DNA of 25,248 nucleotides from Candidatus Eiseniibacteriota bacterium. Lineage in GTDB: Bacteria; Arandabacterota; Arandabacteria; Arandabacterales; Arandabacteraceae. Made by a program: the position numbers and the translations under genes. Where the stretch lies: contig JBDRNT010000163.1 of NCBI GenBank assembly GCA_043810925.1, forward strand, positions 1-25,248, given 5' to 3'. The notes under the pieces were generated by a model, which did no database searches, was not told where the DNA came from, and saw only the letters and a program-made list of their open reading frames with translations. How positions within the stretch are numbered: position 1 is the stretch's first letter; every line of letters starts with the position of its first letter. Below, piece by piece: positions 9,242-17,452 of this stretch.

Positions 9242-9267
9242 AACGCTTGATTTCAAGACCCGACCCC
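9242..9267. repeat. Solo copy of the 26-bp intergenic repeat
   Basis: AACGCTTGATTTCAAGACCCGACCCC; 23/26 identical to the reverse complement of 19891-19916. Confidence 0.8.
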
Positions 9268-9293
9268 GGTACTGATCCCGGTATTTCCCGGTT

Positions 9294-10028
9294 TTATTTC
9301 CATTTTTCGAGGCTGAGGGTGCCGTTGGTGAAAAGCCCGTAGGTGAAGTTGTCGATCCAGTCTCCCACGACCATGCAGCGGGTGCCGCCGACCTCAAACA
9401 GATTTGGTCTGTGAAGGTGCCCCAGGATAACGTAGTCAATCCCACGTTTGACCTGCCGCTTGACAAATGCCTCCAGGTCGGGCCGATCGTTGTTCTTGTC
9501 GCTGCGCTTCCTGCTCAGTTTCGAGACAAGCCGTGCGATCCCCATGCCGACATCGGGATGAACCAGTCTGAAGCCTGCGGAGGCGAGCCTGCTGTGGAGT
9601 ACGGTCTTCAGGGCCCTGTAGCCGAAGTCCCCCGTTGTTGCGATGCCGTCACCGTGGGATATGAGGAACCTCTTGCCGTCAATTGAGGTCTCGAGGATGT
9701 CGGTATGCGTGGCCAGTCCCACATCGTCTGCCAGGAAACTGCCCACCCAGTAGTCGTGGTTGCCCGCCACATAGGTAACCTCGCACCCGTTTCCGACCAT
9801 GGTACTGAGCCGGGAAAGCAGTTTGAACGGCCGCCGGGGAACCACAGCCCTGTATTCGAACCAGAAATCGAGAAAGTCCCCTACAATATACAGCCTGCCG
9901 TTGTGCTCCTCGATCATGCTCAAGAAGTCCATAAGCATCGGAATCGAGGACTTCTCCGCCTCCGGATAGGCCCCCAGGTGGAGATCTGAGAGGAAATACA
10001 CGGGGCCGTGCGGTTTTTGTGCGTGCAA
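9294..10028 (-). CDS. UDP-2,3-diacylglucosamine diphosphatase family metallophosphoesterase (LpxH-like, GNHD type)
   Basis: SDLHLG, GDFLDFW, GNHD, SHGD, GHLH motifs; start moved from 10184 to TTG 10028 because a promoter lies at 10071-10099. Confidence 0.85.
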   Translation of the reverse strand: MHAQKPHGPVYFLSDLHLGAYPEAEKSSIPMLMDFLSMIEEHNGRLYIVGDFLDFWFEYRAVVPRRPFKLLSRLSTMVGNGCEVTYVAGNHDYWVGSFLADDVGLATHTDILETSIDGKRFLISHGDGIATTGDFGYRALKTVLHSRLASAGFRLVHPDVGMGIARLVSKLSRKRSDKNNDRPDLEAFVKRQVKRGIDYVILGHLHRPNLFEVGGTRCMVVGDWIDNFTYGLFTNGTLSLEKWK

Positions 10029-10070
10029 TCGAACCCCCAACCGACATTCTGCGTCAAAATCGGTGGGGAC

Positions 10071-10099
10071 AATATAGCAGATGGCCCCCGGGAAGGCAA
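10071..10099 (-). promoter_or_regulatory. sigma70 promoter for the LpxH-like gene
   Basis: Minus strand TTGCCT-N17-TATATT with TGn extension; back-to-back with the degP promoter. Confidence 0.6.
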
Positions 10100-10107
10100 G
10101 AAAACTA

Positions 10108-10136
10108 TTGACAGTAACTAGGGCTTCGGGTACAAT
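10108..10136 (+). promoter_or_regulatory. sigma70 promoter for degP
   Basis: TTGACA (10108-10113)-N17-TACAAT (10131-10136). Confidence 0.75.
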
Positions 10137-10187
10137 CGATGCCGGTCTTGTGAGGATGGGGGAGTGTCCCTTTAAGGTCGTCACTGC

Positions 10188-10215
10188 GGAACTTTTCTTA
10201 CGGATCCTGGTTTAA
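10188..10215 (+). promoter_or_regulatory. Putative sigmaE/ECF-type promoter for degP
   Basis: GGAACTT (10188-10194)-N16-TTTAA (10211-10215), close to the RpoE consensus GAACTT-N16-TCTAA; degP is a classical RpoE target. Confidence 0.5.
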
Positions 10216-10266
10216 CTCATCGTAAGGCGAGGGCATACACCACCACCGAGAGAGGGGAGACGTATC

Positions 10267-11751
10267 TTGAGGACGAGTGGATCTAGACTGGCAGCATGCA
10301 TGCTTGCACTCAGCCTGGTGCTGGGTTGTGGCGAGTGGGCCGGTACGCGTGCTGAGGACACTCCGCAGACGGAGAAGCAGGAGCGAACCGTCACCGCAAG
10401 CGGTTCAGTCTTGAGCGGTGGAATCGAGCCGAGTCCCTTTGTAGCGGTCGCAGACAGGGTGATGCCTGCGGTCGTCAGCATAGATACGAAGAAGACGGTC
10501 GCGACCGGGTCGCCGTTCGGAACGGACGAGCCGTTCGGGCGTTTCTTCCGGGACATGATGCCGGATCTCCAGCGGAGAGAGTACGAGGTTCCGTCGTTCG
10601 CATCAGGTTTCATTTTCGACGAACGCGGCTATGTGGTAACTAATCATCATGTTGTTGCGGATGCTGAAGAGATCATAGTCCGGTTGCTGGACGAGACGGA
10701 GTATGAAGCCTCTGTCGTGGGGAGCGACCCCAATACTGACATCGCGATTCTCAAGGTGGAGGACAGCGAGGGGCTGCCGGTCGTCAATTTAGGTGATTCC
10801 GATGCGATCAGGGTAGGCGACTGGGCGATTGCCATCGGTAACCCGTTCGGACGGCTGGATGGTACGGTAACAGTTGGTGTGATCAGCGCCAAGGGGCGGT
10901 CGGCCCTGAACATTGTGGGCGGTACGCCGGCGCTTCAGGATTTCATACAGACGGATGCATCGATAAACTTCGGTAACAGCGGCGGACCGCTTGTGAACAT
11001 CGCGGGCGAGGCTGTGGGAATGAACACGGCCATAAACCCGCTTGGCCAGGGCATCGGGTTCGCGATACCGATCAATCTCGTCAAGCACGTTGCTGATGAG
11101 ATCATTGAGCATGGAAAGGTCTCGTGGGGCTACCTGGGTATACTGCCCCAGGAGATAACCAGGGATCTGGCTGAGACGTTCGGCGTTGAGACCAAGAGCG
11201 GTATTCTGGTGGGTTCCGTTGTCGAAGACGGACCGGCGGAGAGGGCCGGCATCGAACGTGGCGACATAATAACGGAGTTTAACGGCGATCTGGTAGGTGA
11301 CGTGGACCAATTCAGGCTAAAGGTTGCCGGCGCAGGTGTCGATAAAGAAGTCCCACTGACTGTTTTGAGAGACGGTGATCGCAAAACATTCACAATAAAA
11401 CTTGGTGAGCGCCCTACAGAGACAGTGCAGGCCGGGAGCAGAAGAACGAGACAAGAGTGGCTTGGGCTTCAGGTCGATGATGTAACGGGTGCGGAGGGCA
11501 GGCGAGTTGCTCCCCCAGATGTGGAAACTGGTGTAGTAATTACCGATGTCGCCGAGAACAGTCCCGCTTCAGAGGCAGGCTTGATGATTGGCGATGTCGT
11601 GGAGGAGATAAACAAGGAGGACGTCGGAGGTCTGGGTGACTTCGAGGAGTTGATAGAGGGGGCGAAGGAGAAGAAGGATAAGCCTGTGCTTTTCCTCGTC
11701 AAGAGACAGGATGTCAACCGGTATATTGCCGTGAAGCCCAGCCAGGAATAG
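10267..11751 (+). CDS. degP: HtrA/DegP (Do family) serine endoprotease with two PDZ domains, probable lipoprotein
   Basis: Catalytic triad TNHHV / DIAILK / GNSGG, IQTDASIN, two PDZ-like regions; lipobox-like VLGC. Confidence 0.93.
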   Translation: MRTSGSRLAACMLALSLVLGCGEWAGTRAEDTPQTEKQERTVTASGSVLSGGIEPSPFVAVADRVMPAVVSIDTKKTVATGSPFGTDEPFGRFFRDMMPDLQRREYEVPSFASGFIFDERGYVVTNHHVVADAEEIIVRLLDETEYEASVVGSDPNTDIAILKVEDSEGLPVVNLGDSDAIRVGDWAIAIGNPFGRLDGTVTVGVISAKGRSALNIVGGTPALQDFIQTDASINFGNSGGPLVNIAGEAVGMNTAINPLGQGIGFAIPINLVKHVADEIIEHGKVSWGYLGILPQEITRDLAETFGVETKSGILVGSVVEDGPAERAGIERGDIITEFNGDLVGDVDQFRLKVAGAGVDKEVPLTVLRDGDRKTFTIKLGERPTETVQAGSRRTRQEWLGLQVDDVTGAEGRRVAPPDVETGVVITDVAENSPASEAGLMIGDVVEEINKEDVGGLGDFEELIEGAKEKKDKPVLFLVKRQDVNRYIAVKPSQE

Positions 11752-11825
11752 GCGGACCTAAGTAGATTCAGACTGGATTAGGCACGTGTGGTCGCGAACC
11801 CGGGTTGGATGATGGGGTGAGGAAG

Positions 11826-12680
11826 ATGATTGGTAGCGAGAGAGGTTTTGTCGAAGAGGAGAAGTCGCTCGCGCTGTATCTGAGAGAGATCAGCGACGAG
11901 CCGCTTTTGAGGCCGGAGCAGGAAGGCGTTCTGGCCAAACGTATCAGAAAAGGTGAGCATGAGGCTCTCGAGCAGCTGGTAAAGGGCAATCTTCGCTTTG
12001 TGGTGAGCGTTGCCCGCCAGTACAGGAACCGGGGACTCAGTCTGGCCGATCTCATCAGTGAAGGTAATGCCGGTCTCGTCAGGGCCGCGAAGACCTTTGA
12101 TGAGAACAAGGGATGCAAGTTCATCTCGTATGCGATCTGGTGGATAAGACAGCGTATCCTCCAGGCAATCGCCGAGCAGTCGAGGATCGTGAGGCTCCCC
12201 CTTAACAGGGCGGGGACCTTGAGCCGGATAGGGAAGACCTCCGGTGCGCTGGGCCACGAACTCGGGCGTGAGCCGACCCCGAGTGAGATCGCAGATCATC
12301 TTGATATCAGTGAGAAGGAAGTTACGGATACGCTTAAGGTGTCGATACCTCATCTGTCGATTGACGCTCCGACATCGGATGAGGATGATAGCTCGCTTCG
12401 CGAAGTGATACCTGACGCCGATGCTCCGTCGCCGGATACAGAGGTGATAGAGAGATCGCTTCAGGAAGACATCGCGGAGGCGCTGGACACTCTTAGTGGA
12501 CGGGAAGCGAAGATCCTGACGCTTTACTTCGGGATAGGCCGTGAAGAGGCGCTGACACTGGAGGAGATCGGGAGGATTCTAGGGCTTACAAGGGAGCGTG
12601 TCAGACAGATAAAGGAGAAGGCCATAAAGAGGCTGAGGCATGCTTCACGCAGCTCCTATCTCCAGGCATATCTGAACTGA
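11826..12680 (+). CDS. RNA polymerase sigma70 factor, RpoD/SigA-RpoS-like, lacking region 1.1
   Basis: LYLREI, NLRFVVSVARQY, DLISEGNAGL, FISYAIWWIRQ, RIVRLP, TLEEIG..LTRERVRQI; ATG 11826 has a GAGG SD (track start 11805). Confidence 0.92.
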   Translation: MIGSERGFVEEEKSLALYLREISDEPLLRPEQEGVLAKRIRKGEHEALEQLVKGNLRFVVSVARQYRNRGLSLADLISEGNAGLVRAAKTFDENKGCKFISYAIWWIRQRILQAIAEQSRIVRLPLNRAGTLSRIGKTSGALGHELGREPTPSEIADHLDISEKEVTDTLKVSIPHLSIDAPTSDEDDSSLREVIPDADAPSPDTEVIERSLQEDIAEALDTLSGREAKILTLYFGIGREEALTLEEIGRILGLTRERVRQIKEKAIKRLRHASRSSYLQAYLN

Positions 12681-12693
12681 CCCGGATTTTAAC

Positions 12694-12723
12694 TTGACAA
12701 ACCGGTTCACACTCTGGTAATTT
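12694..12723 (+). promoter_or_regulatory. sigma70 promoter for the M23 peptidase operon
   Basis: TTGACA (12694-12699)-N18-TAATTT (12718-12723) with TGn extension. Confidence 0.6.
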
Positions 12724-12739
12724 TCCCCCCTGTATAGGA

Positions 12740-13678
12740 GTGTACCAAGGGGTGAGTGTGACCACAGGGAAGATGACGTTCATATTCATGAAATCTCCAA
12801 GATCAGAGCCAAGAACCTTTTCTGTGAGCAAGCGGACGGCGACTGTAGCCGTGGTCCTGTTCGCGGTCTTCATAGGTTTCTCAGCATTCTGGGGCTTCAG
12901 AAGTTTCACCGATGCCGTGAACAGGGCAAGGCTCGCCGAGCTTGAGCAGGAAAACGAGATCCTGAGGAGCGAGGTGGCCAAACTCAGCGGCAAGGTGGAG
13001 GGTCTTGAGGGTGCTATGGCGGAGCATGTCGAATTCGAGGAACAGGTCAGAATCCTTGCGGATCTCGATCCCATGGATAAGGACACATGGGAGGTCGGTG
13101 TCGGTGGCCCGCAGCTTCCGACGGACGCTGCTTTGCTCGAGCCGGGGGGTGGGAGTCTCACGTCGCTTAACCAGGACGTGGACAGGCTTCTCAGACAGAT
13201 AAAACTCCAGCGTCACAGTTACAGTGAAATCCTCGAACGGCTCAAGGAACGATCGGATGATCTTGACCATCTGCCCTCGATCAGACCGGTCGACGTCGGG
13301 TACATAAGCAGCTATTTCGGCAGACGCACGGATCCATTCACCGGCAGGAAGAGCCGTCACGAAGGTGTCGATTTCTCGGCGCGGCAGGGTTCGAATGTTT
13401 ACGCGACCGCCGACGGTGTCGTCTCCCATTCCAAGTATGAGCGCGGTTACGGCTACACCATCAAGATCGATCACGGTAACGGGATCATCACGAAGTATGC
13501 CCACAACGCGAAACTGCTTGTTAAGAAAGGTAAGACGGTCAAGCGTGGCGATGTGATCGCCTATCTCGGAAACACCGGGCGATCGACCGCGCCGCATCTG
13601 CATTATGAGGTCAGTGTGAACGGTGTGGCGCAGAATCCCTTGAACTTCATACTCCCATCCGATATAGTAGTTGACTGA
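12740..13678 (+). CDS. M23 family peptidoglycan metallo-endopeptidase (TM + coiled coil + M23); start uncertain
   Basis: HEGVD (HxxxD), YAH, TGRSTAPHLHYEV (HxH). Confidence 0.92.
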   Translation: MYQGVSVTTGKMTFIFMKSPRSEPRTFSVSKRTATVAVVLFAVFIGFSAFWGFRSFTDAVNRARLAELEQENEILRSEVAKLSGKVEGLEGAMAEHVEFEEQVRILADLDPMDKDTWEVGVGGPQLPTDAALLEPGGGSLTSLNQDVDRLLRQIKLQRHSYSEILERLKERSDDLDHLPSIRPVDVGYISSYFGRRTDPFTGRKSRHEGVDFSARQGSNVYATADGVVSHSKYERGYGYTIKIDHGNGIITKYAHNAKLLVKKGKTVKRGDVIAYLGNTGRSTAPHLHYEVSVNGVAQNPLNFILPSDIVVD

Positions 13679-13729
13679 GCAATGCCCTGCTCCAGTGTCT
13701 TCTCTTAAGAACATCTTCCATCCTCAGGG

Positions 13730-14647
13730 GTGATGATGGCATCCGAGTGTTATCCCAGCTACAGAAAGATCTTATCCTCAGGCGGGTTTGATGACATCAT
13801 AACTCGTGCGGATCGAAAACTGGCTGCATGCGATCTGTGTCCGAGGAGATGTGGTGTTGACAGGACGGCGGGTGAACTCGGCTTCTGCAAAGTCGGGGAA
13901 TCGCTCAGGGTATCAAGCTACGGACCCCACTATGGAGAGGAAAGCCCGCTTGTGGGCAAGCACGGCTCCGGTACGATCTTTCTTGCGGGTTGTAATCTGG
14001 GGTGTTGCTTCTGCCAGAACTACGACATAAGCAACCAGGGGGAGGGCCGCGATGTCAGCGCGGAAGACGTCTCGATGATGATGCTGAAGCTTCAGGAGAC
14101 CGGTTGCCACAATATCAACTTCGTCACTCCGACCCATTTCGTACCTCAAATCATTCGCGCCGTGATGATCGCGGCGGCCCGGGGGCTCTCGGTCCCGATC
14201 GTGTACAATTGCGGCGGCTATGAGGAGGTTGGAACACTCAAGCTCCTGGAGAACATCGTGGATATATATATGCCCGATCTTAAGTTCTCAAACCCGGCCT
14301 CTTCCGGGAAATACTGTGACGCACCCGACTATCCCGATTTCGCGAGGACGGCGGTGAAGGAGATGCACGCTCAGACGGGTGATCTTGTCGTGAAGAATGG
14401 ACTTGCGCATAGGGGGCTCCTTGTGCGACATCTTGTTATGCCGGGTATGCTTGAAGAGTCGAAACAGATCTTTAAGTTCCTGGCGACGGAGATTTCTCCG
14501 GAAACGTTCGTTAACGTGATGAACCAGTACAGACCGTGCTACAACGCCGGGCGCTTCCCCGAGATTGCGGGGAGACTCGACAGGGGAGAGTTCAGAGCGG
14601 TACTCGACGCGGCGTGGGAAGCGGGACTGAAGAGGATCTACTATTGA
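13730..14647 (+). CDS. Radical SAM protein, PflX-like
   Basis: CDLCPRRC, HYGEE..L.G..GSGTIF, CNLGCCFCQN (CxxxCxxC), GCHNINFVTPTH, DIYMPDLK, LLVRHLVMPG, MNQYRP. Confidence 0.9.
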   Translation: MMMASECYPSYRKILSSGGFDDIITRADRKLAACDLCPRRCGVDRTAGELGFCKVGESLRVSSYGPHYGEESPLVGKHGSGTIFLAGCNLGCCFCQNYDISNQGEGRDVSAEDVSMMMLKLQETGCHNINFVTPTHFVPQIIRAVMIAAARGLSVPIVYNCGGYEEVGTLKLLENIVDIYMPDLKFSNPASSGKYCDAPDYPDFARTAVKEMHAQTGDLVVKNGLAHRGLLVRHLVMPGMLEESKQIFKFLATEISPETFVNVMNQYRPCYNAGRFPEIAGRLDRGEFRAVLDAAWEAGLKRIYY

Positions 14648-14648
14648 G

Positions 14649-16013
14649 ATGACCCGGCCCGAAAGAAACAGGACTTGCGTGCGAACGCTTGAGCCGGTCC
14701 GTGGTGATGGACCATCCGGGCGTATTGCTCTTAGAGCCGTGCTGTTCGTGGTGGGATCAGGCATGGTCGGTGCGGTTTCGGTATACCTCGGGTTCGGCTA
14801 TGTCGAGGCGGCGATCATACTCGCCCTGGGAGCGGTCCTTTGTGCGCTTACAATCCGGCTTCCGTGGAGGGGGCTCTTCTTTCCCTGTGATGCGCTGCTG
14901 GTTGCCCTCGGTCTTCTTACCGGGCGGAGTGAAGTCGCAGTGGCGGGTGTCGGCGCTGCGATCGTAACGGCCAGTGTCGGCCCTCAAATGAGGCGAACAG
15001 CTCTGGTCGCATCAATCAGAAATGCCGTGGCTATCGTCGCCACGGTCGCCATGTGGCGGGCCCTCGTACCGACGCTGAACGTGCTTGCGCTGAGCGGCGG
15101 TCTACACCGGCAACAACTTGGCGGGAGTGACCTGCGTGTGTGGGCGCTATCGGGCAGTGCGATTCCAGCGCTTCTGCTCTCATCACTTGGTTTCCTTGTT
15201 ATCGCATCGGTCGTCGAGACGGTATTCCGTGAGCGGCGTGAGTATGCCTTCGGAGAATTCTGGTTCCTGAACTTCGGGAAGAGCCTGCACCACATGCTCT
15301 TCACCGCCGTTCTCGGTGCCGTGATTTCGATCAGCTACAGAGATATCGGCATGACGGCATTCGTCCTCTTCGCATTTCCGACTGTTCTCACGCGGGACGC
15401 TCTCAAGCGTAACCTCGACCTGCGGGCGTCAAGGGTCGAAGCCCTGAAGGCGCTGTCCTCCTCAGTGGATGCGAGGGACAAGTACACCTACGACCATTCC
15501 AACAGGGTTGCAAGACTTGCGGCGATGCTTGCAAGGGAGATGGGGTTCGCCGAGTCGACGGTTGAGGTAATCGAGGGCGGGGCACTTCTCCATGACATAG
15601 GCAAACTCAGTGTCGATATCGAGATACTCTCCAAGCCCGGTCCCCTGGGACCCGAGGAGACGGCATGCGTGAGACAGCATCCCCTCTCGAGTGCCGAAGT
15701 CGTCTCTCATGTCGAGTTGCTGAAGAAATCGGTGGACATAGTAAGGTACCATCATGAACGACCTGACGGCCGTGGTTATCCCGACGGCCTCAAAGGGCAT
15801 GAGATCCCGGTCGGGGCGAGGATTCTCAATGTGGCGGATGCATTCGATGCGATGGTATCCGACCGGCCCTACCGGAGGGGCAAGACCCTGGATGAGGCGG
15901 TTGAAGAGTTGCGCGTGGGCTCAGGCAGCGAATTTGACCCCGTGGTGGTGGAATACCTCTGCCGGCTGCTCGGCCGGCGGAAGCACGAGATCCTCAGTCT
16001 GGATGCAGGGTGA
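14649..16013 (+). CDS. Membrane-bound HD-GYP phosphodiesterase (multi-TM sensor + intact HD-GYP)
   Basis: Hydrophobic N-terminal half; ARD.YTYDHS.RV, LHDIGK, HHERPDGRGYP, ADAFDAM..DRPYR. Confidence 0.9.
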   Translation: MTRPERNRTCVRTLEPVRGDGPSGRIALRAVLFVVGSGMVGAVSVYLGFGYVEAAIILALGAVLCALTIRLPWRGLFFPCDALLVALGLLTGRSEVAVAGVGAAIVTASVGPQMRRTALVASIRNAVAIVATVAMWRALVPTLNVLALSGGLHRQQLGGSDLRVWALSGSAIPALLLSSLGFLVIASVVETVFRERREYAFGEFWFLNFGKSLHHMLFTAVLGAVISISYRDIGMTAFVLFAFPTVLTRDALKRNLDLRASRVEALKALSSSVDARDKYTYDHSNRVARLAAMLAREMGFAESTVEVIEGGALLHDIGKLSVDIEILSKPGPLGPEETACVRQHPLSSAEVVSHVELLKKSVDIVRYHHERPDGRGYPDGLKGHEIPVGARILNVADAFDAMVSDRPYRRGKTLDEAVEELRVGSGSEFDPVVVEYLCRLLGRRKHEILSLDAG

Positions 16014-16023
16014 ATTGTGTTGC

Positions 16024-16059
16024 CAACCTCGGGGTGAACTGGTAGGCTCTTCGAGGTTG
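16024..16059 (+). other. 11-bp stem-loop between the two HD-GYP genes
   Basis: CAACCTCGGGG (16024-16034) pairs with CTTCGAGGTTG (16049-16059) including two G-U pairs; no U-tract. Confidence 0.45.
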
Positions 16060-16148
16060 AATCCCGTTGGGTTCTTCCGCACGATAAGATGTGACTCTAA
16101 GACGTGATTCTTGTGGCGAAAATACCGAGCTGAAAGACATCAGACACA

Positions 16149-17444
16149 ATGAAGAACAGGGCCAGTGCTTATGCCGTGGTGATAACCGCCGTTGCGTTGG
16201 CCCTCCTAGTTTTCAGGCTGCCTGAACTCATACTGACTGTCCGTGCAAATCCCAGCGCGATCGCGATCTGGTTTCTCCTGCTGCTGGCGGCCGGGATCCT
16301 TACCAATGTGGCCGCAAAGGGTGGTGGGGCCGTCACCGGGACGGCCGTGGTCGCATTTGCCGTCCTCATAACCTTCGGCGGCGCAGCCGCGGCCTGGCTC
16401 GGCGCCGTTGCGACGTTGATATTGAGCCGGGTGTTCCTCAGGTCCACAACCGCAAGATCGCTTGTGGACATGTCACAGACGGCGGTCTCGCTCGCACTTG
16501 CCGGTCTGGTCTACGGAGCATCGGGTGGTACCAGGCTCGCTCTGACCGACTGGAGCGTTAAACTGAGCTTCGCATGGGTGATGCCCTTCGTCCTCTGTCA
16601 TCTGACATGCTTTCTTACCACGACGTGCCTGGAGTCATTCCGGTCGAGCGTGGAACTCAGGAGATCCGCCTTGAGGACCTGGAGAGCGACCTACCTCTGG
16701 ATGCTGCCGCAGTCATTCGCCGTTCCCGTTGTGGGGGTTGCCATCGCCTATGTCTATCTGAGACTCTCGATTCTCCTGGTCGCGATCTTCTTCCTCTGGC
16801 TGATCTACTATGCGAGGAGCTCGAGGATCAACCTCGATCTTGAGAACTCCCAGCGCGGGACGGTTGCCGCCCTGGCGACCGCTGTGGATTCGAGTACGCC
16901 TTTCCTCGGTGGGGAGTCGGAGCGGGTGGCCGGGCTTGCGGTTGAACTCGGGCGCAGGATCGGGCTTTCAGGCTGGCGTATGCAGGCCCTTGAATACGCG
17001 GCCCTGCTTCATGACATCGGCTATCTTGCGATCGGCAAGCGCGTGCTCGCCAAGAAGGAATGTCTTTCCGCCGATGAGTGGGCTTCGGTCAGAAAGCACG
17101 CAGAGGTCGGGGCGACGATCATAGGAAGAGCGAGGGCCCTTAAGCGGATCGGTGAGATCGTCCATGCGCATCACGAGAGACCCGACGGCAGGGGATACCC
17201 CAGAGGACTCATACTCGATGACATACCGAAGGAAGCGAGCATACTCAAAGTGTCTGATGCCTTTGTTGCGATGACAACCGATCGTCCGTACCGTGGGCGG
17301 TTGAGTGTGGATGAGGCGGTTGAGAAAATAAGTGCGGGCGCAGGCACTCAGTTCGATTCCGATGTGGTTCAGGGCATCATCGAGCTCCACAGGTATGCTG
17401 TTCTGGATCGCTACACCTCGGGAGAATTCGCCGAGGCCGCGTAG
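16149..17444 (+). CDS. Membrane-bound HD-GYP protein with partly degenerate metal site
   Basis: Multi-TM N-terminus; LHDIGY, HHERPDGRGYP, SDAFVAM..DRPYR; GESERV replaces xHSxRV. Confidence 0.88.
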   Translation: MKNRASAYAVVITAVALALLVFRLPELILTVRANPSAIAIWFLLLLAAGILTNVAAKGGGAVTGTAVVAFAVLITFGGAAAAWLGAVATLILSRVFLRSTTARSLVDMSQTAVSLALAGLVYGASGGTRLALTDWSVKLSFAWVMPFVLCHLTCFLTTTCLESFRSSVELRRSALRTWRATYLWMLPQSFAVPVVGVAIAYVYLRLSILLVAIFFLWLIYYARSSRINLDLENSQRGTVAALATAVDSSTPFLGGESERVAGLAVELGRRIGLSGWRMQALEYAALLHDIGYLAIGKRVLAKKECLSADEWASVRKHAEVGATIIGRARALKRIGEIVHAHHERPDGRGYPRGLILDDIPKEASILKVSDAFVAMTTDRPYRGRLSVDEAVEKISAGAGTQFDSDVVQGIIELHRYAVLDRYTSGEFAEAA

Positions 17445-17452
17445 GGGACACC

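Noticed and set aside
10029-10184. N-terminal extension of the LpxH-like ORF in the track
   Set aside because: Overlaps two well-formed divergent promoters; family similarity starts at VYFLSD
11779-11795. sigma54-like GGCAC upstream of the sigma70 gene
   Set aside because: GG-to-GC spacing is 11 rather than the required 10, and there is no TTGC
12881-13714. 277-aa minus-strand ORF
   Set aside because: Antisense shadow of the M23 gene with no recognisable motifs
16014-16148. c-di-GMP riboswitch between the HD-GYP genes
   Set aside because: No GEMM-type conserved motifs recognised by eye; an Rfam scan would be decisive
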